A stretch of 64,000 bases of DNA from Hormiphora californensis (taxonomy: Eukaryota > Animalia > Ctenophora). The translations under genes were made by a program, and so were the position numbers. Location of the stretch: NCBI GenBank assembly GCA_020137815.1, contig CM035350.1, positions 8,308,001-8,372,000 of the forward strand, written 5' to 3'. The notes under the pieces are model-generated. The model searched no databases. It was given only the letters and a program-made list of their open reading frames with translations, and was not told the DNA's origin. Shown piece by piece: positions 37,433-58,566 of the stretch (the stretch's first letter is position 1; every line of letters begins with the position of its first letter).

Positions 37433-40400
37433 ATGGCTGATTTTGACAGCAAAACGGTAAGTTTGAAACCTGATAAAATAACTTAATTACAAAACATTAA
37501 TAATGTCAATCCCTCAGACGAAAGAATATTTTGAACAATTAACATACTGTCATTACTGTCTAGTTTTATCCAACTGCACTTTTTAGTAATGGAATGTTAA
37601 ATTTATAAATTAAAATTATGTCTGTATAGCTCAGGAAGTTACACAAAATACGTCATACTCTTCTCGTATGTAACAATCTCTCAGGTTAGCAACTTGAACA
37701 AAACATTCTATGCCGAGGTTGAGGACATTATCACGAACATCTTCCCTAGGAAAATGGCAGAACTGGACAAACTGGCAAAGGTAATACTAATCATTCTAAG
37801 AGATATATCGAAAATATTGTCTTGCTTGACCCTGTTCGAATAAAACAACGAAAATTTAAATAGCGAGCTATTTACAATTTCAAATCTGTACAAGATCATA
37901 GAAAATGATTTGCAATTGTTATGATACATATATCCATGTTCAATATTTATTTCAGAATGAGCTCTTCTTGCTATCTCGGGACGTGGAGGTGAAGAAGGCA
38001 TCACGAGCGTCTATCATCTTCGCCCAGCCTAAAACGGAGGGCCCTCCGCCTGCAAAAAGGAGAAAGAACTCGGAATCTGTGGAGAACGGAAATGAAGGTT
38101 CGTTTTAATTTTTAGAGGTTCGTGATCTTGCTGTCAATTATTCACCAGACAAAATTATAACTCATTTTCTTTTTAGTTGAAACATCAAGAACGATCATTC
38201 GGGTAAAACAGAACATGGTAAGTTGATGGTGTGACTTGACTGTACAGTGTACAATACTGTACATACAATATAATGACTTAACTGTATTGTAAGAAACTAG
38301 TTTTGTTTGTACACTGAACAGTGAACAGATTACTGTGTCGTGTTATGTTTCATGGTGTATAAATTGATAAACATCAGTTTGTCCTGCTGCACACTCCAAC
38401 TGACCCTGATATAATAATGTCCCCTCAGGTTGTGAATGAAGTGACTTCCATCATTCATCCTGAGATTAGGGAGGCATCGGAATATTTTGGAAAGGTATTT
38501 AACAGCTATCCACAACACAGTTGTATTATTTCGTTGTGTATTTAACAACTATATTATATCTGATAATAACCATTAACCAACTTACATTACCTTTTTTACT
38601 ATAACGAGTTATTAGGAACAATTAGAACACAATTCCTCCCTCCACTAGATCAAGATGTGGATTCAGCTACAGGTGCCCAAGATCGAGGATGGAAACAATT
38701 TCGGAGTCTCAATCCAGGTTTGTAATTATAATGACATACTGTAATTACTACATAATGTGGGCAGGTGAGTAGAACTTCGCTCCTAATAAAAGGCTGCAAT
38801 AAAAGGCTGCAATAAAAGGCTGCATTAAAAGGCTGCAATAAAAGGCTGCAATGGATCACGTATCCAACTGGACTAAAGCAGGAGAGACCGAATCGTCCTC
38901 CCCTAACAGTGTTTCGTTTCACTTATCGGTCTCTACCATAAGCGGTAGATAGACGGAGATAGAGAGTTAGAGAGGTGAGAGTGAGAGATCCGAATCATGG
39001 ACGACTAATCAAGTATTGTATCACGTTTCATGATATCCTCTAATTAATTAAATGAAAGGCGGTTACCTATAATTTGACTTAATCAGTGCCAATACGTGAT
39101 TACTGATTTTCTACCGTTATTCGCCAATGTACACAATTCAGTAGAGCGGAATCACACATAGTACTATGATAGGTGAACCAAGTGGTTGGGTGGTTCACCT
39201 GTCGTTGTGCTACACGCTCAATCAATAGATCTACCCTACCTCATTAGACCAACACTCTCAGTAGTTACTGACTACCTCTACTGAATCGTGAATCGATACG
39301 GAAAGACTAATGGAGAATACATAGCGGTAGAGAATCATGTATCGGGACCGATGAGGTCTCATTGTCAATTGGTAACCGCTTTTCATTAGAGGATACCATG
39401 GTACGTGTGATACCATACCATGATTCTGATTTTTCACTCTCTCAGTTCTCACTCGTACTCGCTCTCTATCTCGATCTCTCTATCGCCTATGGTCTAGTTG
39501 GATACGTGACACGAGTCACTATAATTAGGGGAAGGTGATTCGGTCTCTCTACAGCAGATACGTGATACGAAACACTATTAGGGGAGGACGATTCGGTCTA
39601 TCCCCCGCTTTAGTCTGGTTAGATACGTGATCCCTTGCAGCCTTTTATTGCAGCCTTTTTCTGCAGCCTTTTTCTGCAGCCTTTTATTGCAGCCTTTTAT
39701 TAGGAGCGAAGTTCTACTCACCTGCCATAATGTGGTCACCAACCCCTGGCTCGCATTGTATCTTGTCGTTCCACTTTTTATTGGTGGAAGGGTCTAATGC
39801 AAGCACGATACCGATTATTTAGGCCAATTTTCCCGAAAAGGCCCGACACCCTCTGAAGGTCTTATGTTCTAAGTTCTAAGAGAGGGTCGAGCAACTCAGC
39901 TTAGTATTCAGAGCAACAACTGTAACAGAAACTATTAACAAAGAATAGTATCGATTATTACACAGTTTACAAATACAGGGCAGTAATTACAATCTATTGC
40001 ACATGTGTAACTGGTACTTCCGAGACCCCCACTCCCCAGTCCCCAGTCCCCATTACATTTCTAATTTATGTCTTCATCCTTCAGGAGGATACGATATCAG
40101 AGGTCGGTAGTTACTTTGAGTATCTGAGGAGTGCATTTGAAGAATGTTGTCGGTACCACGGGAACCGAGGGAAGATCGCTTCCAAAGTCATGAAGTACCC
40201 TTGTTTGGTGAGTGATATGCAACAGCGTGTACTCTGTTGTTAGGGTAAACTGGGGTAAAATGGTCCATTTTTTAACGTTTTAGGTTCTAAAATACGCAAT
40301 TTATACAGCAGGAAGAAAAAATTATATAGGCTATCCAATGAAACGTTTTCCTTTCAGACGAGCTAAATTTTAAATCTGAAAGTTTTTTTTGGAAATTTTG

Positions 40401-41794
40401 CACTGGGGCAAAGTGGTCCCAGCCAATAGCATTGCTCGATTTTATCACGTGCCTGGTGTTGTTAGAGCAGCGATCAAATTCGGGGCAAAATGGTCCATGT
40501 TATCTTCAGCAGTTTCTGTTCTGCAGGACCACTTTGCCCCAGTTGTGGTATCACGTGGTATTGTATGCTCGATTTCATTGGTCCCAGGGTGGACCACTTT
40601 GCCCCAGAAAGGTGAACCACTTTGCCCCAGTTTGACTAATTTGACAATTAAATCAACTTAATAGTGGGTTTTTTGAAACATTTTTATATATATATATATA
40701 TGTACCAAGTTTTAGAAGGATAAAAAAAACTAACTGGCAGTTTTTGCAAAATTAAAATCGGCCAACTCAAACAGAAATTACAGCAGTTTTAAAGCAAAAA
40801 TTCGGAACAGAACGAGCAGGTCTCCGCTGGAGAAAAAGTCACGTGACCACATGTAATAACTAGGACCATTTTGCCCCATACATGTGCCACTTTGCCCGGT
40901 GGACCATTTTACCCCAGTTTACCCTACTAAATAAAATTACAAAAAACATGTTAGTACGGTCAGCAAACCACCATACCAACCCCCTACCAACCTCAATGCC
41001 AACTATTGCACCTGTGTACTCTGACTCTGTTATTTGTGTTGTAAGCAAGGGAACGTGGTGCACTATAATAACACACATATGTTGTATTCTCCCTCCCTCC
41101 CTGTATCTCTCTTAGAGATATGTATCTCGCTCTGAGATATTATCTTCTAAAGGGAGCTCTATCATATCTCTCATAGTCTCTACCCGAATATGTTCTCGAG
41201 AAAAGCTTAATGACTTTTGAGAGTTGAGAGAAAATGAGCGAGAGAAGGACATAGAGTATGATTCTCTCCCTTAGTACAGGACAGTATAGAGACCCATTTA
41301 AGTATTAGGTTAAATGCCTCTAGGCTCAATAGCTGTCGACTTTCGTTTAGCCCCATTAAGTATAATAAGTCACATACAGAAAGTAAGTCACATACAGAAA
41401 GTAAGTCACATACAGAAAGTTAAAATGACTACCACTCCCTATAGGACGACTACGCTCAGTATTTGTGTGAAATTGACTGCAAGCAGTTCCAGCTTATCAG
41501 GATTCTGACCAACGAACTGAAAATGATATATGTAAGTTAACAAGATATAGCACGTCCCATGATACTGGGATAAACACTGCCCAAAATAAGAAAATACCCT
41601 GTCACGAAACACAAAATGTAGTATCATATGGCAGGCAAATTGCAATTCCCAGCAGTGTGGATTTCTACAACTTTTTTATATCTTTTCTACGGCCTGTTTA
41701 CTCCTTTTTTCAGAGTTGTGTTTACGACATTCTGAACAAGAACTCAGAAAAGATCAAGCAACCACGAAGCCTGACAAGCATTAACCTCTACTAA
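37433..41794 (+). CDS. PSME3: Proteasome activator 11S/PA28-gamma-like, 9 exons
   Basis: Exons 37433-37456, 37685-37780, 37956-38098, 38177-38217, 38429-38494, 38649-38717, 40085-40207, 41445-41531, 41714-41794. Contains IFPRKMAELD, an NLS-like PPAKRRK, the activation loop KMWIQLQVPKIEDGNNFGVSIQED, KVMKYP and the C-terminus EKIKQPRS...LY. Confidence 0.92.
38760..39726. mobile_element. Complete non-autonomous foldback DNA transposon (Merlin- or MULE-like) in PSME3 intron 6
   Basis: About 160-bp TIRs start GGCAGGTGAGTAGAACTTCGCTCC and contain 13-bp tandem repeats. A direct target duplication ataatgtg lies at 38752-38759 and 39727-39734 (10 bp if the ends are parsed one base inward). Confidence 0.88.
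40241..40926. mobile_element. TA-flanked MITE (pogo/Tc1-like) in PSME3 intron 7
   Basis: Perfect 27-bp inverted ends tagggtaaactggggtaaaatggtcca / tggaccattttaccccagtttacccta, with repeated internal ggggcaaa(a/g)tggtcc motifs. Confidence 0.85.
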
Positions 41795-43057
41795 ACGCCA
41801 TCATGGGGGACATTTTTAGTGAAAGACATGTCGTGTCTGGGGATTATGAGATTTCTGTGACTCTCTCAGTTTTAATATATATCATCCGGTATTCCCGTAA
41901 ATAAACAAAGTGTGTTGTGTCTTTCTCAGTTAAACATCCCATGAACAGGGGAGTGTGAAGGGAGGAGACATCAGGCATGCCCTTCAGCGGAGTCTCAGGA
42001 CTCAGGGTCTCTGTTCTTCCTGTTGTATATTCTGTGGCACTCTGACGCAGGTGTCATACACACCTTCCCAACCTTGACCGAACGGAACGCGCGACCCTCC
42101 ACAGCAAGGGTTTTCAGCGCAATGCGCGGCTTTCCCTCCCTGAAGAGGTCGGGTTCGGTGCGCGGCTCACAGCTTGCATGTCACACTGCCGCACCATCTC
42201 CCGATTTGTTGCTTCTTCAACTCACGACACCTCGCGCGTTCCAGCGAGTCTACCAAGCAACTTTGAGGGGGGCGTATCGAGCAGAATCCGGCCAGTTGGT
42301 GTTGCCAGCAGAGAGGGAGTGACAGGACTCACACTTCGAGCAATTACATGAATTGTCTACGTTTTCTACCTCCCTGCTTCTTCCACAGCATGTCATGGCA
42401 GAAGGGGGGAAGAAGCATTGAGGAATCCGGTGATACACAAAATAAAACTCTGCTATTTTGTTCCGTTTGTGTTTCGTACACACAGGACTAGAAGATATCA
42501 TGGAATGTGACATGTAGAGAGCATGTCAAATATCTGCTGGTTACTAACACACATCATCTTTCCCATATCAGTTCAGCTCATTTATAGTAGATACAGATAT
42601 ATACCTTAGGTCCGTTTTCTCACGTTCGTACACACAAAAATAGAGCTTGATTCTCTCCAAAAATAATATATCCCACTTTATAGATTCGTTCTCTTTTCAA
42701 ACATTCAGCAGTCCTTTTTCACGTGTTGCAGGGGGTAAGAAACAAAATACATACAAGTGAACAAACACACTCATTCATACTCACACTCTCACACACACAA
42801 ACGCACTCTTTCAAATTCACACTCACACACTTTCTCTCTCGGTATAAAAATAAATAGATAGGGTTGTAAACGAAATTTATAGTACGATCAATATTCAGTC
42901 ATTTTATGAGTATTCCTTGACGGCTCAGTCCTCATGGTTCTGGAGGATTATGATGGCGGGCTTCCAGATCAGTCACATCAACACCTATACACGTGGGCAG
43001 TATGTTTCAATTTGAACATCATTTGGTGGTCAATATATATCCACACATTTCCCCCTC

Positions 43058-48720
<5,663 letters not shown>

Positions 48721-48960
48721 TCTGAATTTCTACAAGGGAGAAGAAGGGTAGTCAACGGTGGCTACACTAACGATACTAAACGGTCAAGTAGAGGTTATAT
48801 GATCGAGACAGGAGTGAGGAGAGAGAGAGAGGGGGTCATCAAGAAGCCATTCTGTGAGTGTAATTTCTTTCTTCGTATCATCACCCTCTCAACTCGAGTG
48901 GGTGAGAGAGAAATAGAGCGAGGGAGAGAGAGAGAGAGAAAGAGAGATACAAAGTGCAGC

Positions 48961-49005
<45 letters not shown>

Positions 49006-49949
49006 AGAGAGAGAGAAAGAGATAGAGAGAGATACAAAGTGCAGCGATAGAGAGAGAGAGATGGTAGGGAAATACAGCGACAACATGGATAGAGGAACGG
49101 GGGGAGGGTGTTCATCACGTGTACAATGCCCCTAGCAGATAAGAGGAAGGTTATTAAACTCTAGAACCGGGGCTCCCTGGGAAGAGTGGGTGCTGATAGC
49201 ACCAATATATGCGTCATAGATAATTCAGAGTTTGTAATCATATAATGCGTTATCAAACCGACAGTGCTACTTAAATATGCAACATATTACATATGTTTGG
49301 CTCTTGGGAGTGGGACTATGACAAACATAAACAAAGTACCGTTAGGAAGAGGCAGAATATCTATTACCTCTGGGCTCTGGGCTCTGGTCCCTGGACTGAT
49401 TTGGAAAACAAAAAAAATGTCAAAAATCAACTATGAGTTGGTTTGGACAATGGACAGTTTGAAATGGTTGGTGAAAATCATACAGCAAGTTTAATATGAT
49501 GTAGAGAATTTAATTGTCATTGGCCTAAACAAAGTGCTTTGACTTGTGAGGAATTCCGAGTGACTTGGCAGTTGGCAAGGACTGAGGACAAGATCGTGAA
49601 AAAAACGGTGGAAAAGGAAAAAAAATTGGAATTTTTAGAAACTTAAGTTAACGCGCGCGTGTCATGCCGTTAACTTATTTTTAAAACAGCGCGTTACGTT
49701 TATTTTAAGAAATATCTTGCGCATCCACTCCCGCGCGCCGACTTAAAATGAGATTTCCAACAAGTTTTTTTTTTAATTTGGTTTTTCAGATTTTGAAGAA
49801 CTTTGGAAATGTTCAGTCCTGCTGTCTCGCGTCTGCCGTCTGCACTCTGCATGATCCGTTTTTAAACAAGGTGATGATACTACAGTGGTGAATGCATGTT
49901 ATAATGATAGATGCACCGCCCGGAAAGAAAGTTGAGGTTCCAACGTCCC

Positions 49950-50172
49950 CCACCACTTGACACTTCACAAATCTCTGTTGCAACGAAGTACCACAACTCG
50001 TTCACCTGCAGAGCAGCCCGACTTTGGAACACCCTACCATGCAACGTGAATACGGCAGAAGACCTAGCCTCGTTCAAAGTCTTTCTTGGTAAATGGCTGG
50101 AGTGATTCCCGGACTGACCCCTGGTGGCTGGATACACTCGACAGAACAACAATTCGATACTTGACTGGGAAC
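49950..50172 (+). mobile_element. 5'-truncated CR1-type LINE remnant (ORF2 C-terminus, degraded)
   Basis: NSFTCRAARLWNTLPCNVNTAEDLASFKVFLGKWLE*FPD*PLVAGYTRQNNNSILDW, a CR1-like C-terminal motif with in-frame stops. Confidence 0.7.
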
Positions 50173-50585
50173 GAATAGCTTCCAGGGAGGGGGAGGCTCT
50201 ATGAGGAGCTGACACCTGTGCAGTATTTGCACAAAGAGGACTACAAGAAGTCATGCACTGCCTCAAAATTGTCAGAATTGCCACTGAGTCTGGAGTCACT
50301 TATCTGTTTTTTCTAATATAAGCCCCCAGCCGGGACGTCTCCAGGAGATCTCTGGAACTGTAAGGGAGCCGGGAGTCCGTAAGTAAGTGCTACTTTAGAG
50401 AGTACGTTGGCACCATTTTTCTACTATTTATTCAAAAAATCCGTGTGTCATAAGCGCTGTTCTGAGCTTTTGGAGTGAGGGCTGTTGAGGATGAAAGAGG
50501 ATGTGATGATGAATCGTTTTCCTTCCAACAACAGAACTTGTGCTGGGCCGTAAAACGGACTATAAATGTTTATTTTGTATTGTAT

Positions 50586-51520
50586 TGATTTGATTTGAAA
50601 TAGATATTATATAAACGTACAAATTGCACATTAAATAAATACCCGACTGACTCTTACTAATAGTTTAGCAGCCTATGGCGCGAGTGCTTACGTCTTAAAA
50701 AACTAATTTAAAAATATTTAAAAAAAGTAGCTATAAGGCTACGACACACTCTTATACTAGTTATAAGCTAAATTTATTTCACTCAATAATAATAACAATT
50801 ATACTTACCCTTGATTCCCAATCCCCCACCTCCCTCCCCCATGAACCATACCCCGAATTTAACGTCATGTCGACTGTTGGGTAGATGTTAAGATCAGTTA
50901 TAATTCACATCTGTGGTGCGGGTCCACCATCTTGTTTCAAACTGTTCAACACCACTCCAAACCTTCAATTTGAGTACAATGTAAGAATGAAAGCTATGTG
51001 CGGAAGAAGGACAGTTACTGTAAAGTTAAAAGAAGAGAAAGGGGCCCACACCACAGCAGCGGATTAAGTTATGTCGTGTAAGGCTTTCCAGAGATGGTCT
51101 TTCAGTCTAGAGGAAAATAAATGGTGTTCAGCTGTATTTCTCAGTTCTTTAGGAAGTAAGTTCCACTCAAGGTGGCAGCGGTAAAAGTAACAGTTTTTGA
51201 ACAGGTCTACTCTGGGTTGTTCGGTACATATAATGTCCGTACTGTCTCGTTTTGTTTGTTGTCTGGTGGCACGTCTGTCATGTAATTCTGGATTGTATTT
51301 TTGTAGGAAAGATGGGAGTTTTATAGGAGACGTCTCATAGAATATTTTATGGAACAATTTAAGATCATTATATTGGAATTTTTGAGTCATTGGGAGTACG
51401 TCAATCTCCCTGAGTTTTTTTATATACGTATCTAAACTATAACTGGTATCTGTTTCACCGAATATCCATTTTGTGGCACGTTTCTGGAGTCGTTCAAACT
51501 TAAGCAGACTTGACTCAGTA
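50586..51520 (-). mobile_element. CR1/L2-type LINE 3' end: ORF2 C-terminal ~150 aa, 3' UTR and probable (AAATC)n tail
   Basis: KFERLQKRATKWIF...NDLKLFHKI...YFYRCHLEWNLLPKELR...FSSRLKDHLW (stop at 51064). The minus strand ends tttcaaatcaaatcaa at about 50586-50600. No endonuclease or RT core is present. Confidence 0.8.
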
Positions 51521-52082
51521 GCATTTTCGCTAACGACGTAACAAACATAACAAGTATAGTATATCTGCATCTGACTTTGAACAAATTAATGCCTGCAATC
51601 CTAAACTTTTTATAACATCGATATGCATACTTACTATGTCTCATACCTTTGACTAAGAAGAGGAATAGGACACAATTTGCATACCAAATATATGGTGAAT
51701 TCAGATCAAACACAAATTGGCCTTCTTTTCTGAACTTGACGGGTGGAGGGGTACTCCTGAGCATTATTCCTAAAAGAGCTATCATTAGTATTGTGTAACA
51801 AATATATATGAGGAAATGATAGATTAGTATGTCTGTCGTTTCATTGTATTGTCTTTTGTTATTGTCGGTGTTGTCAATTTTTATCCTTTTCCCCCCAGCC
51901 AGACCCCCCGCAAAACCCCCAATAGTTTTTCTGTATTGTTCGACACTGATCATTGAATGGGAATGGGTTTAGGGTTTAGGAATGGGTTAACAAATGGGGA
52001 AATTAGGGGACAATGATGAAAACTCGGCCCCCCAAACCCCAGAGAATTGTTATCATTAAATTATATATTATAAATCGAGATA

Positions 52083-53543
52083 TCAGTTAAGAACTAACTC
52101 CTCATACATAATCTCATTTAACACGTTGTACCCATTATTGTTGAGGTGTACTCCGTCCTCCGAAAACAAAACACTATTAAAATTAAGTTCATTATTTAAA
52201 AACTCAATTGTCCAATCCGACACTACACAATTCAAAGACCTTCCTACACTCATCACAATACGATTAAACATAAACACGTTACTCGCTATCCAACCACTAT
52301 CAGGTCTGAGGGGGATAACCGTAGCGAGAACGATCTCGGTATCATCCCCAAACCTTCTCCTAACCTCCCTAACTAAATCTACATATGCCTTATACACACT
52401 CCCTTTACCCTTACTCGACCTTACAAACCCTCCCCAATATCTGATGTCATTGGTCCCAAACGCCAAAATAACCTTGTTGACCTCTAGACATGGGTGCGTC
52501 ACTTCCAGTCCGTTCAACATATCCATAGCCAAACTCCCCCTCCAGTTCTCATTCGGCCTACAAAGTCTCGCCCCTGAAATCGAGATGTTCACTAGCGCCG
52601 GGTCCTCGTGGATCCACTTTGTCATACTGGTTCCTAGTAGAAGTGTCCTTGGTGTCAGTCTGGGGTTCGGCAGTGCTGGTGTTGGTAGAAGGGGCGATCT
52701 GGTAGGGAATACAGAGTTCTCTTCCTGATACCCATCTACGGCAGGCGGCGAGGTTGGCGACAAAGTCATCTGTGATGCTGGAGCTTCCACCCGAGACGGG
52801 TGTACTGCGAACTGGGGCACCTTCTGGGACTTAGCTGGGGTTGGTGCAGGTGGAGTTGGTTCTGGAGGCGATGTTCTGTGCCTCTTCCTAAAAGACAGGG
52901 CATATCTCACGCCATGCTCAACCTTCTGTGCACGGTGCTTAAAGTGCTCTTGGCACCCTGGCTTCATGGTGTACGCCTCACCATCCTTAGTGGTTATAGA
53001 CAGCTTAGGCCGCATCCGGCCATCTCCAAGGTAGGGAATGAAATCTACAGCACCATCGTTGCCGACGGTCACGACGGTAATAGGTGAGTTGTCCACCAGC
53101 GAAGTCTCGAAATCTGAGTGGTATCCCACGCCGTCCCCTTTTCTGTATCTAGTGACTAGGCAGGAGTTGAACTCAGTCCCTTGGTCCTTGTTAATCCTCC
53201 CCATCAGCTTGTTAATGTTCGGGTATTTGGTTATGTCCCTGGGTGCCAGGTCCACATTGGCCCACCCGTAGGGACACCCAGTGTTAGTTAGCCAGGTATT
53301 CTTGCCAGTTAATCCTCCTACTTCCCATTTCATCATCTCGAGGTCCTCATCAGAAACATATCTCCCGTGGTGGGTAACAAACTGATTCGGATCCTTTTCT
53401 GGAACTCCATCTCTCTTACGCCTCTCTAGCTCCTTTTGTACAATCTGTATAATCCTCTCCAACACGGGCGATGATACCCTGGTAAAGACTTCCTCTAGAG
53501 GTGTGTTGTCTAGAATCATGTTGGAGGCGTTGTTAACAACCAT
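52083..53543 (-). CDS. AlkB-family 2OG-Fe(II) dioxygenase fused to an SGNH/GDSL hydrolase (486 aa, intronless); probable LINE ORF1-type protein
   Basis: AlkB: FNSCLVTRY, H142-S-D144, H203, R213xxxxxR219. Pro-rich linker aa 225-298. SGNH blocks: LLLGTS306, SG324A, GTN365D, D463GVH466. Confidence 0.88.
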   Translation of the reverse strand: MVVNNASNMILDNTPLEEVFTRVSSPVLERIIQIVQKELERRKRDGVPEKDPNQFVTHHGRYVSDEDLEMMKWEVGGLTGKNTWLTNTGCPYGWANVDLAPRDITKYPNINKLMGRINKDQGTEFNSCLVTRYRKGDGVGYHSDFETSLVDNSPITVVTVGNDGAVDFIPYLGDGRMRPKLSITTKDGEAYTMKPGCQEHFKHRAQKVEHGVRYALSFRKRHRTSPPEPTPPAPTPAKSQKVPQFAVHPSRVEAPASQMTLSPTSPPAVDGYQEENSVFPTRSPLLPTPALPNPRLTPRTLLLGTSMTKWIHEDPALVNISISGARLCRPNENWRGSLAMDMLNGLEVTHPCLEVNKVILAFGTNDIRYWGGFVRSSKGKGSVYKAYVDLVREVRRRFGDDTEIVLATVIPLRPDSGWIASNVFMFNRIVMSVGRSLNCVVSDWTIEFLNNELNFNSVLFSEDGVHLNNNGYNVLNEIMYEELVLN

Positions 53544-54088
53544 TCCTAAAACTCCATGGCTAAAACAGGCTGTTAATCCAAGAACATTGCGTCCTCAAAT
53601 TAATTTGTTTAAAGTAGTGCCGAAAAGCTTGATTGGTCAAAAGAGGTAGCGCAGTGCAGATTTTTTCTAGAACTCTAGAATCTGACCCATCTTCTTCTAA
53701 AGCCTAGCCGTCAAGCAATTAATTACTAAGCCGATCAGTCGCAATATTTCTTGTGTACGTTCACTAATACGTCCTGCTTGTCTTTCCCTGGCTTTTGCAT
53801 ACATCTTATCTGTAGCAGCCAACTTTTATCAGTGCACTGCATTTAACTTGCTCTAACTTCGTTATGTCCTTGTATGCCATATTACCGCTTCTCATGACCA
53901 CCGTAGCGTTGTTTTGCTTTGTTGCGTCTCATAAAGTTTTCAAATCACACTCAAATACTGTATTATTACAAATTGCTTAACATCACTCACATGATTTGTA
54001 GGAATAACAATATGACAGCCAGTGTGTGGAGTTGTTTAGAGTAGTGTGTCAACTACTCTAATACACGCCCAGTCCGACATACATCAGG

Positions 54089-57745
<3,657 letters not shown>

Positions 57746-58566
57746 TGGCCTACTACACAGTGCCTTCTAGAAAGAGAGGAAAAACACATAAAACGTAGGC
57801 TTGTTAAGCGGAGAAACACCGCCAAAATGCATTACGCGATTTATTTTTAGCTGAAAACAAACCGCGCCCTCGGCGGTGCGCGCCGTTCTGAGTTGTGTGA
57901 AAAGTACACTGGCCTATGCGCGGGAAACACACTCGCGCGGCGTTACAGGATTCTATACACAATACCGGCCGATACATTACATTTTTGTACATTTTGTACA
58001 ATCTGCAAATAATTGTAATCCAAACCCTAGTAAGACTTTTCAAACACGGTTATTTTCGTTACTCTAACAATATCATACTTTACAGGTTCAAAAATGATTC
58101 AACATTGCTACCAGCTTCTGCCAGAGTTAAAAAAGGACAATGTTAATGTTATCAAACGCTCAAATATTCAAGGACTGTTGAATTAATCCAGCCTTTACAG
58201 AGCTGTTTCTTTTGTATCACTATATTACTTCACTCTCTTTATTCAATACATAATTATTATATACTCCCCCATTTTCCCTGGAAAACAGACAATCCGGATT
58301 TAGAAATCCGCTTTTTCCCCCGAACCATCCACACCAGTTATACTACGTAACGGGTGTGTATATGTGTGTGTGTGCATGATGTTGCAGCATTGTAATAGTT
58401 GGCGTGTGCTGCAATACTTAATTTTATTAACCTATCCAGATATTATTGTACAATTATATTCTGTTTTTTCATTCCCAACTAAGTTAATTACAAGAGTTTT
58501 CCTTTTTCACAATCAGTCCCACGATTCAAATTTATAGTCAGTTCTTGTCACTGACACAAACACCAA

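Noticed and set aside
41950-42520. Cys-rich ORF 42250-42513 (-) and ORF 42023-42322 (+)
   Set aside because: Short, with no recognisable domain and no convincing splice structure.
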